From positions 373,364,001 through 373,428,000 of the forward strand of contig NW_027362769.1 in assembly GCF_046119375.1 (NCBI RefSeq): a DNA stretch of 64,000 bases. The letters run 5' to 3'. A program made the position numbers and the translations under genes. The stretch comes from Phyllobates terribilis (lineage: Eukaryota). This document shows positions 1-19,214 of this stretch, piece after piece. Within the stretch, counting starts at the first letter, position 1, and every line of letters starts with the position of its first letter. The notes beneath the pieces are model-generated. The model searched no databases. It was not told where the DNA came from and worked only from the letters and a program-made list of their open reading frames with translations.

Positions 1-68
1 GGAACGACGACGGCGTCTCGAGGTCGGGAGACTTGATTTGACACCTTACAGGAAAAATCACTACTCAC

Positions 69-8377
<8,309 letters not shown>

Positions 8378-8399
8378 CCCTCGCCAGGACTTCTCCTCC

Positions 8400-8570
8400 T
8401 TCTGTCGCAACGAACGAGCGCACAGCGGCAACAACACAACACAAAATGGCGACTTTACGACCGTGTCGTCATAACAACGGAGCGAAGTGTTGGCACGTAA
8501 AGGAGAAGGCAAGAGTGAGAACGTGACGTCGCGACGCAAAGGAGGCGGAGCGGCCATATTGGTTACGGGC
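8400..8570 (-). promoter_or_regulatory. E4F1 proximal CpG-rich promoter
   Basis: YY1-like motifs AAAATGGCG (8443-8451) and GCGGCCATATT (~8550-8560); CRE-like GTGACGTC (8523-8530). Lies directly upstream of the ATG at 8377. Confidence 0.6.
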
Positions 8571-9574
8571 AGAAAATGCCAATAGTTGTAGCAGGTGATG
8601 AAATTATGCTAAAGAGGGTGTTACCACAGCTACATGAGTGTAGGAAATAAAAGAAAATGCTCTAACCTCTTTATATATTTTAGTGACTTAAAAAATTTAG
8701 AAATATTTAGTTTGGTCACTTTTTTGTATATTTATATGGGGTGAGATGAGTCTTTTAACGATACCATTTTAAGGTGCATTACGTAATTTTGATTGTTTTT
8801 TTGTGGGGGGGAGGGGGACAGTGCTTCAACCAACAAATAGCAATTCAGGGTTTTTAATTATTTATTTTTATTTCTTTATGATGATTATTTCTTTTTTTTT
8901 TTTTTTTTTATAAATCGGACTTTTACAGACATGACAATACCAAATGTAATTTTTCATTATTTTTCTATTGTGGAAAAAAGGGGAGATTCAAACTTTTATG
9001 TTTTTTTGCAGATTTTTTTCTCCTTTTTTATTATTTTTCACTATCTTATTTCAATCTCCTTTTCTAGATTTTTTTTTTCAACTTTTTTTTATTATTTTTC
9101 ACATCCCTTTTGTAGATTTTTATATATTTATTTTTTCAACATTTTGTAATTATTTTTCTCTTTTTTTTAACCCCCTTTGATTGTTTGATTGCTTATACTA
9201 TATACTGGAATAACCCGGTCAGGGCCGGCGTCAGAACCAGGCGCACCCGGGCAAGTGCCGAGGCCCTGAGCAGGCGAGGTGCCCGACCGCAAGTAGGCCC
9301 CCCGCTTGCTCAGGGCCCCGGCAGCCGGATACTTACCTCTCCCCGTGCCTCCACAGTTCTGTCTTCCTGCTGTGCGCTCCCTGTGACGTCTCAGGTCAGA
9401 GGGTGCGGTGACGTCTTTCCACTGCGCCCTCCCCTGAGCCGTCACAGGCAGCGCAGAGCGGGAAGACGCCGGCGACGCTGGAGTACAGACCTGAGCAGCG
9501 GCAGCAGGTGAGGAGGCGTGAGGTGAGCATTTGATTTTTTTTTTTTTTTTTTTTTTAATCTATGGAGGCATGGG

Positions 9575-10690
9575 GCATTATATGGGGGGTGACATCCTGC
9601 ATGGCACATTATATGGGGGGTGACATCCTGCATGGGGCATTATATGGGGGGTGACATCCTGCATGGGGCATTATATGGGGGGTGACATCCTGCATGGGGC
9701 ATTATATGGGGGGGCTGACATCCTACATGGGGCATTATATGGGGGGTGAAATCCTGCATGGGACATTATATGGGGGATGACATCCTGCATGGGGCATTAT
9801 ATGGGGGGTAACATCCTGCATGGGGCATTATATGGGGGTGACATCCTGCATGGGGCATTATATGGGGGGCTGACATCCTGCATGGGGCATTATATGGGGG
9901 GTGAAATCCTGCATGGGACATTATATGGGGATCCTGCATGGGGCATTATATGGGGGGCTGACATCCTGCATGGGGCATTATATGGGGGGTGACATCCTGC
10001 ATGGGACATTATATGGGGGGGGTGACATCCTGCATGGGGCATTTTAAAGAGAGGGGGCTGACATCCGGCATTATATGGTGGGGGAAAGGGATATCCTGCA
10101 TGGAGCATTATATGGGGGGGAAAGGGGCATTATATGGGGAGGGGGGGACATCCTGCATGGGTCATTATATGGGGATTAGAAGTGACATCCTTCCTGGGGC
10201 ATTATATGAGGGGTGACATCCTGCATGGGGCATTATAAGGGAGGGGGGAACAGCGTGCATAGGGAATTTTATGGGGGAAACAGCCTGTATCGAGCATTAT
10301 ATGAGGGCCAGTATCTTCTATGGAGCGTTATAAGGGGACCAGTATCCTGCACGGAGCGTTTTATGGTGGCCAGTATCCTGCACGGAGCGTTTTATGAGGA
10401 CCAGTATCCTGTACGGAGCGTTTTATGGGGGCCAGTATCCTGCATGGAGCGTTTTATGGGGGGGCCAGTATTCTGTATGAAGCGTTATATGGGGCCAGTA
10501 TTCTGTATGGAGCTTTATATGGGGGCCAGTATTCTGTATGAAGCGCTATATGGGGCCAGTATTCTGTATGGAGCGTTATATGGGGGGCAGTATTCTGTAT
10601 GGAGCATTTTATGGGGGCCAGTATTCTGTATGGAGCATTTTATGGGGGCCAGTATTCTGTATGGAGCATTTTATGGGGGCCAGTATTCTG
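9575..10690. repeat. Two ~31-bp minisatellite arrays inside the hAT-like element
   Basis: Units GGGGCATTATATGGGGGGTGACATCCTGCAT (~9575-10050) and GGGGCCAGTATTCTGTATGGAGCATTTTATG (~10410-10690), with a degenerate linker between them. Confidence 0.85.
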
Positions 10691-10778
10691 TGTGGAGCGA
10701 ATCGCCAGTTTCTGAGCTATTGTAGAATTTACTATAGATATCGCTCATGTAATGTAAGAAGTGATATCTTTGGCATTC

Positions 10779-10822
<44 letters not shown>

Positions 10823-10982
10823 TGCAGACCAAAAGTTTGGACACACCTTCTCATTTAAAGATTTTTCTGTATTTTCATGACCATGAAAATTGTACATTCA
10901 CACTGAAGGCATCAAAACTATGAATTAACACATGTGGAATTATATACTTAACAAAAAAGTGTGAAACAACTGAAAATATGTC

Positions 10983-12035
10983 TTATATTCTAGGTTCTTC
11001 AAAGTAGCCACCTTTTGCTTTGATGACTGCTTTGCACACTCTTGGCATTCTCTTGATGAGCTTCAAGAGGTAGTCACCGGAAATGGTCTTCCAACAATCT
11101 TGAAGGAGTTCCCAGAGATGCTTAGCACTTGTTGGCCCTTTTGCCTTCACTCTGCGGTCCAGTTCACCCCAAACCATCTCGATTGGGTTCAGGTCTGGTG
11201 ACTGTGGAGGCCAGGTCATCTGGCGTAGCACCCCATCACTCTCTCCCTTGGTCAAATAGCCCTTACACAGCCTGGAGGTGTGTTTGGGGTCATTGTCCTA
11301 TTGAAAAATAAATGATGGTCCAACTAAACGCAAACCGGATGGAATAGCATGCCGCTGCAAGATGCTGTGGTAGCCATGCTGGTTCAGTATGCCTTCAATT
11401 TTGAATAAATCCCCAACAGTGTCACCAGCAAAGCACCCCCACACCATCACACCTCCTCCTCCATGCTTCACGGTGGGAACCAGGCATGTAGAGTCCATCC
11501 GTTCACCTTTTCTGCGTCGCACAAAGACACGGTGGTTGGAACCAAAGATCTCAAATTTGGACTCATCAGACCAAAGCACAGATTTTCAGTGGTCTAATGT
11601 CCATTCCTTGTGTTCTTTAGCCCAAACTTGTCTCTTCTGCTTGTTGCCTGTCCTTAGCAGTTTTTTCCTAACAGCTATTTTACCATGAAGACCTGCTGCA
11701 CAAAGTCTCCTCTTAACAGTTGTTGTAGAGATGTGTCTGCTGCTAGAACTCTGTGTGGCATTGACCTGGTCTCTAATCTGAGCTGCTGTTAACCTGCGAT
11801 TTCTGAGGCTGGTGACTCGGATAAACTTATCCTCAGAAGCAGAGGTGACTCTTGGTCTTCCTTTCCTGGGGCGGTCCTCTTGTGAGCCAGTTTCTTTGTA
11901 GCGCTTGATGGTTTTTGCAACTGCACTTGGGGACACTTTCAAAGTTTTCCCAATTTTTCGGACTGACTGACCTTCATTTCTTAAAGTAATGATGGCCACT
12001 CGTTTTTCTTTACTTAGCTGCTTTTTTCTTGCCAT
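10983..12035 (-). pseudogene. DD38E transposase pseudogene (two in-frame stops, no frameshift)
   Basis: MARKKQLSKEKR...; TGA at 11586-11588 (expected W before KSVLWSDESK); TAG at 11298-11300 (expected Q in FQQDND). 38 residues counted between the second D and the E of DLNPIE. Confidence 0.88.
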
Positions 12036-12243
12036 AATACAAATTCTAACAGTCTATTCAGTAGGACTATCAGCTGTGTATCCACCAGACTTCTGCACAA
12101 CACAACTGATGGTCCCAACCCCATTTATAAGGCAAGAAATCCCACTTATTAAACCTGACAGGGCACACCTGTGAAGTGAAAACCATTTCCGGTGACTACG
12201 TCTTGAAGCTCATCAAGAGAATGCCAAGAGTGTGCAAAGCAGT

Positions 12244-13271
12244 TGTGTCACCCTGGCCTGGATGCCACAAGTGTAATTAAAGCTGTGTCTGAGAGCAAGG
12301 GGGAGGTTCTCTAGTCAGGGGAACATTAGCATGCAATGCCTCCTGTCTCAGGCCAGTAGGGGGAGCTGGCTGCCCCTATAAAAGCTGGTACTGGGGGCAG
12401 GGTTAGAGAGAACTGGATGGCCTGTCTCAGCACTGAGACGTGTCCCAGAGTGGAGCAGGGACAGAAAGTTGATTGCACCTAAGAGGAAGTGTGGCAGTAG
12501 GAGAGCCACCAGCCAGAGACGAGAGGCGAAGAGAGCCTGTCTTGGCAAATCAGAGACTGACCTTACCAGACTTTGGTGTCTGAGGCTAGAAGGATTCCAC
12601 ATCCCCCAGCAGAGAACCAGTCCGCAAGGGACTGTATATTCCTTGGCCTAAGAAGCCTGGAGGCCCTGCCACAACTGAAGGGACCAGTAAAGCCGTACAA
12701 GGCTGGGAGCAGAAAGGAACCCACGTCGCAGGCCATACAGGCGAGAATACACGGAAAGCTCGGAAACGTGGGCTGTTACCCTATAACGAGGAGATGCACA
12801 GAAAGCACGGTAGGCCTACACCCTCACCCTGACCAGGGCCAATTTCCCCATTGCTCTCGGACATCCAGGTCCCCTCCTAGCTGGGACTGTTTATGGGTCA
12901 GTTTACCTGTTTCAGTAAAGACCCTGGACTGCAACCTGTTGTCTGTGTGCTCCTTGCTCCTCCAGCACTATCAGCACTGGGATTCTCACTACCATCACTC
13001 CCACCATCCATTATACTGCCCTGGGGCCGCACTCTTCCCGTGGGGAGTCACACTACCCTAGCTGCACACCTCATCAGCCCCAGCGGTCTGCATGCAGCGG
13101 CGGTTCCTAATAACTGCAATCCACGGGTGGCGTAGTCGGACATAAACATCAGCACATAACGGACTACCACTGGCCTGACCACCCTGAGCTACGGAACCGG
13201 GTTGCCACTACTACTCCCATCGTTCCCCTACTGCCCGGATCCGAGTGCCCCACGGCCCAGGGGGCGAGTCA
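12244..13271 (+). repeat. 5' LTR (1028 bp)
   Basis: TGTGTCACCC...GGCGAGTCA; TATAAAA at 12377-12383; about 99% identical to the 3' LTR. Confidence 0.95.
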
Positions 13272-13275
13272 GCTT

Positions 13276-13293
13276 TGGCGTAGTCGGCAGGAT
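13276..13293 (+). other. Primer-binding site complementary to the tRNA-Ser 3' end
   Basis: TGGCGTAGTCGGCAGGAT is the reverse complement of ATCCTGCCGACTACGCCA, the recalled 3' end of vertebrate tRNA-Ser. It starts after a 4-nt spacer following the LTR. Confidence 0.88.
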
Positions 13294-13710
13294 TTCGTGC
13301 CCGCAACCACCGGGTACTGCGTGCCTGAAAAAGACTTTTGTAACTTACCTGTGGCGAAGTTTCCCGCTGTCCGGAGTCGTTTCCCGCCATCCAGAGCCGA
13401 TTCCCGCCATCAGACGCCATCTTGGACCGTTTCCCGCCGTCTTCCCGCCATCCGCAGCTGTTTCCCGCCATCGGACGCCATCTTCAGGACGCCGCGCGGG
13501 AAGAAGAGGGGCGTGGACGCCGAAAGCGCGCGAGACCCGAAGCTCCGCCCCACGCACCGACGCTGCGCAAGGTCCTGGAAGGGAGAGAGAGCGACGCTGA
13601 CGTCATCAGGACGCGACGCCAGGTCCTCGTCCATAGCAGCAGCAGCGGAGCCGCGGCCTACAGAAGAGGATCGTTGGAAGGTAGGCCACGCTTAACTAGG
13701 GGGGAGGAAG

Positions 13711-14703
13711 ATGTCGGACACGGAGGCGCCCACTACCACCAGCGCAGCTGCAGCAGCGGTGATGCCCTTTTCCCTGCCCTACATCTCTGGAGCGGCCTGG
13801 CTGCCCAAGTACTCAGGGGAGCCCCATGCCCTAACTGACTTCAAGGAAAGGCTGTACAGTTTGTTCCAAGTCTACCCCCTGACAGAGGAACAGAAGGTCA
13901 GCATATTAACAGGGCAGTTAACTGGCGCAGCCCAAAGGGAGGTAAAATCATGGCCCCCTGAGGAGAAAAGGACTGTGAGGGGTATTCTGGCCCGGCTGCG
14001 GGGTACCTTTGACACACGTACCTCCGCTGAAATTAAAATGAGGTTCTATGGATGTAAGCAGCGGGTACAGGACAGCATCAGAGACTATGCCCTAAATCTG
14101 CAGGAAGCCCTGAGGGCTATCCAACAAACTGACCCTGGCAGTGTGCAGGAAACGGATAAACTGCTAACAGAACAATTCATAGAAGGTCTGCTGTCCAGCG
14201 CCCACAGGGCCCAGCTGCGCCTCATGTTCTTTCAGAACCCCGACCTGACCTTTGCCCAATTTAAGGACAGGGCCATAAGGGTGCTCCGTGAATCTGCAAC
14301 CAGTGGCGCTATAAACCCCCGGCGCCCTGCTCTCACCTACCACCAGGAGGCGGCGCCCTCCTCTATGGACCCCGTGGGGGCTGATGCACAGGCCCTGAAC
14401 CAAGCCCCGTCGAAAGATCTGCACCGCCAAGTCCAGGAGCTGACCAGGAGTGTCGCGGCGTTGACCAGGACCGTCCAGGCGTTGCAAGTGGACCCGTCAA
14501 GACCCATCGAGCTGGCTTCAAGTCCGGAGGATGTCCCGTGGCGTCGACAGAGGAGGATCCCGTCGTTCCGAGGGAGGCCCACAGACCGCTACGCAGAGGA
14601 TGGACAGCCCATTTGCCGTCGATGCAACCAGCCCGGACACATTTCCAGGTACTGTAATTTAAACGGGTCCAACCTGGGGCAGAGGGCCAACCCCCAGGCA
14701 TAA
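13711..14703 (+). CDS. Gypsy gag (PNMA/Ma-like capsid with a CCHC zinc knuckle), 330 aa, intact
   Basis: CRRCNQPGHISRYC knuckle near the C-terminus; position directly after the PBS. Confidence 0.88.
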   Translation: MSDTEAPTTTSAAAAAVMPFSLPYISGAAWLPKYSGEPHALTDFKERLYSLFQVYPLTEEQKVSILTGQLTGAAQREVKSWPPEEKRTVRGILARLRGTFDTRTSAEIKMRFYGCKQRVQDSIRDYALNLQEALRAIQQTDPGSVQETDKLLTEQFIEGLLSSAHRAQLRLMFFQNPDLTFAQFKDRAIRVLRESATSGAINPRRPALTYHQEAAPSSMDPVGADAQALNQAPSKDLHRQVQELTRSVAALTRTVQALQVDPSRPIELASSPEDVPWRRQRRIPSFRGRPTDRYAEDGQPICRRCNQPGHISRYCNLNGSNLGQRANPQA

Positions 14704-14718
14704 GATCACCAGGCCCTT
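14658..14718 (+). promoter_or_regulatory. Predicted -1 ribosomal frameshift signal (slippery heptamer plus H-type pseudoknot)
   Basis: T TTA AAC in the gag frame at 14658-14664; 8-nt spacer; stem 1 14673-14679/14692-14698; stem 2 14683-14688/14712-14717. The -1 frame is open into the protease. Confidence 0.75.
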
Positions 14719-17700
14719 ACAATTGGCGTAAAAAGTACGTTGGGGGGCGCCCGGTTTTACCCATGGTGCTGGACGGTATCCCCATGAGCGCCTTGCTGGA
14801 TACAGGGTCACAAGTAACCACTATCCCTTATGTACTTTTTAAGCAGTATTGGACTGATGCTGATATCACACGGTATCCAGACAGTAACTTGAGCATCATC
14901 GCCAGTAATGGCTTACCCGTGCCGCAGATGGGGTTCAAGGAGATGACCATTAAAATTGGTAAAGTTGAACTGCTGGCACAGGGAGTGATTATTGTGGACA
15001 TTGACCGTCGTGAAAGTCACCCTAAAATAACTGTGGGTACTAACGTAATTGAAAATTGTCTTTCAGAGGTAATTGTAATCTTACAACAGGTGGCGGTGAA
15101 TGCTAGTTCCAGCCAACAGAGAGTCCTCAACAAGGAGTTAAAAGCCCTGATGAGACGGCAGCAGGTAGAACTGTCTGGTGGTGAGATCGGTAGCGTAAGA
15201 CTGAGTGACCCATTCCCCATTTCCATGCCTCCCAAAAGTGAAATGATGATCTGGTGTCGGACTGCAATCGGGTTGTGAGGTAGAGACTGCCAAGCCATGG
15301 TAGAACCCGTGTACTCGGACAGCAGGCCCACCATTTTGACAGCCCGGGGGGTGGTTGATGTCCGTCATGGGAGGGTGCCCGTCCGCATCCTCAACATTGG
15401 GGAGAGGGAAGTACACTTACCCAGGTACGCTACACTCGCCAAACTGTTTGTTGTCGAACACAAAGCTATCAGGGCCGTGGAACCCTTGCCTCCATCTCCA
15501 CAGGCGGAGGGTAATGGCTCCCAGAAACAAAAGGAGGACTGGTGCCAGAAACTCCATGTGGGTGCTGACTCCACTCCCCTGCACCAAAAACAAGGAGTCT
15601 ACCGGGTGGTACAGGAGTACGAGAGAGTCTTTAGTAAGCACCCGCTAGACTTCGGCCGAGTAAAGGGGATAGAACACCACATCCCCACAGGGAGCCACCC
15701 ACCGATAAAAGAAAGACACAGACCTGTACCCCCTGCACATTATCAGAATGCAAAGGGCATGCTAAGAGAGATGAAAGAAGCTGGGGTCATTAGAGACAGC
15801 TGTAGCCCCTGGGCAGCCCCCTTGGTTCTGGTGAAAAAGAAAGACGGCACCATGAGAATGTGCGTCGACTATAGACAAATCAACCGTATCACCCACAAAG
15901 ACGCATATCCGCTGCCTAGAATAGAGGAGTCTTTAGCCGCACTAAAATCTGCTAACTTCTTTTCTACTTTGGACCTTACTAGCGGGTACTGGCAGGTTCC
16001 TGTGGCAGAGGCTGACAAGGAGAAGACCGCCTTCACCACCCCGATGGGACTGAGTGAGTTCAACTGTATGCCCTTCGGGCTCTGCAACGCACCAGGGACC
16101 TTCCAGCGGCTGATGGAATGCTGTCTAGGGCACCGAAACTTCGAGACGGTTCTCCTTTACCTGGATGACGTGATCGTCTATTCGAAGACCTACGAGGACC
16201 ACCTAAAGCACCTGGCCGAGGTGTTCGAAGCCCTGGCAGGCTATGGCCTGAAGGTGAAACCATCGAAGTGTCACCTGCTGAAACCAAAGGTCCAGTACCT
16301 AGGGCACGTGGTAAGTGCAGAAGGAGTGGCCCCCGACCCTGACAAGGTCACGGCAATCAAGAGCTGGCCAAGCCCCTCGAACATCAAAGAGGTGAGACAG
16401 TTTCTCGGGTTGGTAGGCTACTACCGAAGGTTCATCCCAGGGTTCACTAAGATGGCAGCTCCTATGCAGGACCTCCTGATCGGACAATCTAAGTCCAGGA
16501 GTCAAAAGCCACCGTTCAAGTGGGATAAACCGGAAGAGGAGTCCTTCCGCCAGTTGAAGATGGCCCTCACGGGGGATGAGATCCTGGCCTACCCTGATTA
16601 TGGTCAGCCTTTTATTCTCCACACGGACGCCAGTAATGTGGGACTGGGAGCCGTACTGTCCCAAAACCAACAGGGCAGAGAAAGGGTGATCGCGTACGCC
16701 AGCCGGAAGCTGAGGCCCACCGAGAGGAACCCGGAGAATTACAGTTCCTTCAAGCTAGAATTCTTGGCAGTGGTGTGGGCCGTGACGGAACGCTTCAAGC
16801 ATTACCTGGCCTCCGCAAAGTTCACCGTGTACACGGACAACAACCCGTTGACACACCTGGACAATGCAAGACTGGGTGCCCTAGAACAGCGGTGGATGGC
16901 CCGTCTCTCCAACTATGACTTCGTGATCAAGTACCGGGCCGGCAAAACCAATGCCAACGCTGACGCCCTATCGAGGATGCCTCACTTACCTGAAGGTGAC
17001 GAAGACCCAGAAGAGCTGGAGGAGGTAGAACTCCCCGCGTTTCACCGGTATGGAGCCGCTCAATACTCCCACCGTGTGAAGGAGGAGGATCTAACAACCG
17101 TGATGATCAATCCCCTACCTCACCACAGCTGGGCCGAGACCCAAGATAGTGACCCTGCCATCCGTCTGGTGAAAGAACTGCTGACCCAGAAAGACGCCCG
17201 CATGAATCCGGATGCTCCAGAGGAAGCTAGACAGCTATGGAAGGAGAAGAGCAAGCTGTTCCTCTACGAAGGCAAGTTGTGCAGAAGGATTGTCAACCAC
17301 CGGACTCACGAGCTGACCTGGCAAGTCGTGGTCCCAAGGCGGGATGCAGCTATGGTCCTGGGGGCTTACCATGACAGAGCGGGACACTTCGGTTGGAAGA
17401 AACTGGAGTTCCTGCTAAGAGGAAGGTTCTTTTGGGTCGGCATGAGAGGAGCTGTAGAAAAGTGGTGCAGAGACTGTGGCCCTTGTCACCTGAGGAGGAA
17501 GGACCGCACCAGCCAGAAGACACCCTTGAGGCCCATCGTCACCACGCAGCCTCTTGAGCTGGTAGCTCTGGACCACGTCAAATTGGCTCCAAGCCGGTCT
17601 GGATACATCTATGCCCTGACAATCGTGGACCACTATTCCCGTTTTCTAGTGGTGGTCCCGGTAAAGGACTTGATAGCCCAAACAGCGGCTAGAACCTTCC

Positions 17701-18827
17701 AGCAATATTTCTGCCGTCCACACGGGTATCCGGAACAGGTCCTGACAGACCAGGGTCCAGCGTTCGAGGCTGAAATCTTCCAGGAGTTCTGCAACCTCTA
17801 TGGCTGTAAGAAGATTCGGACAACGCCTTACCATCCACAAACCAATGGGATGTGTGAGAAGATGAACAATATAGTCATTGATCTCCTGAAGACGTTGCCC
17901 CTGGAGGAACGCAGCCTGTGGCCAGAAAAACTGCCGGACCTGATAGACCTATACAACAATATCCCGGTGAATGCTACAAACTGCACCCCGGCTTACCTGA
18001 TGTGAGCTAGACCAGGTAAGCTGCCCGTAGACCTGGAGATGGGAGTCTTAATACCTGAGGACACCTCCCCGGATGCGGACTGGGATACGGAAAGGCAACT
18101 GCAGTACAAGAAGGAACAGGAGAGTGCGGAGAAGAGCCTGGCCCAGGTGAGAGAGATGCAAGAAAAACTCTTCAATCAACACGCCCCTGCTGGTCCCCTA
18201 GAACCTGGTGAGCAAGTCCTAAAGCGAAAAAGAAGGCTACATAAGTTGGACGACCAGTGGGAAAGGGAACCCTACACCGTACTGCAGTCTGACCACGACA
18301 ACCCAAAGGTGTGCGTAATCACCAAGGACGGAGGAGAAACCACTAGCGTCGTCTCCAGGGACCACCTCAAAAGATGCCCCGAGCAACTCCGTAGTGCAGA
18401 AGAGGATCAGAGTGACCTTGAACCCGCAGAGGACAAGGAAGAAATGATCAGCACCGTTCTCGGAGAGTTCCCTCAGTCCTGGACTCGCATAAATGATGCC
18501 ATAGTGGTACCTGTCCTGCATTTCCTGCAACCGGCACAGCAACAACCAACACCAGAGCCGGAAGGTGAAGAAGAGCAAGCGGTTCCAGAGGCAGAAGAGC
18601 CTGTACCAGCAGCCCAGGAGAGTCAACCCTCTGCTGACAGTGAGCCTGCCATGCCTGCGGTAAGCCAAAGAACCCTCAGACAGCTGCCTGCCCTACCTGT
18701 ACACCCAGCTGGTAGCTGCACTCCTAACGCTAGTGGGGAAAGCCAGGTTGGTCCACCACCAGACAGTGGGTTAAGGAGGTCAACCAGAAGCACAAAGGGG
18801 CAGATACCCGCTCGCTGGAGAATATAG
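14658..18827 (+). pseudogene. Gypsy pol (protease, RT, RNase H, integrase) in one frame, broken by two TGA stops
   Basis: LDTGS protease; YLDD RT; TDAS RNase H; HHCC-like HDRAGH...CRDCGPC; integrase D (ALDH), D (TDQG), E (CEKMN). The three track ORFs share one frame, with stops at 15276-15278 and 18003-18005. Confidence 0.92.
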
Positions 18828-19205
18828 AGTGTACTAAACTTGTAAATGACCCTGTTGCCAAATGTTGAATTGTTTGCCAAGTTACATGCATGTTTGGTAA
18901 TTCTGTGTTTCAGTTTATTGCAGCTACCGTAAGGACTCACAGGTTATGGACTTTTTTATAACCAGGACCTTGCATGGACTGCGTTCGGAGCCTAACCCAG
19001 GAATGAACTAAGACTGTGAAGGACTTGGGGTAGGACAGACCCCCACCTGGTTAAGGCTCCCCGTTGTATTGGTGATATGGACACCCGGTCACAGACCACA
19101 CTGTGACCTTAAGAACTCAATCTGTGCGTCGTTTGTCTATTAATGTTTTATAGTCATGCATATTGTCTTTGTGTATTGTTTAGTCCCGGAGTACTAAATT
19201 TTACT

Positions 19206-19214
19206 AGGGGGGAA
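19206..19214 (+). other. Polypurine tract
   Basis: AGGGGGGAA immediately before the 3' LTR. Confidence 0.85.

Noticed and set aside
8378-8557. In-frame upstream ATG giving E4F1 a 60-aa N-terminal extension
   Set aside because: The ATG lies within a YY1-like promoter motif, probably upstream of the TSS, and the extension has no similarity to recalled E4F1 N-termini.
13276-13294. tRNA-Ser-like sequence as a tRNA gene
   Set aside because: Only 18-19 nt complementary to the tRNA 3' end including CCA; it is the retrotransposon PBS.
15276-15278. Programmed stop-codon readthrough in pol (also 18003-18005)
   Set aside because: No UGA-CUAG type context, and the stops fall inside domains; point mutation is simpler.
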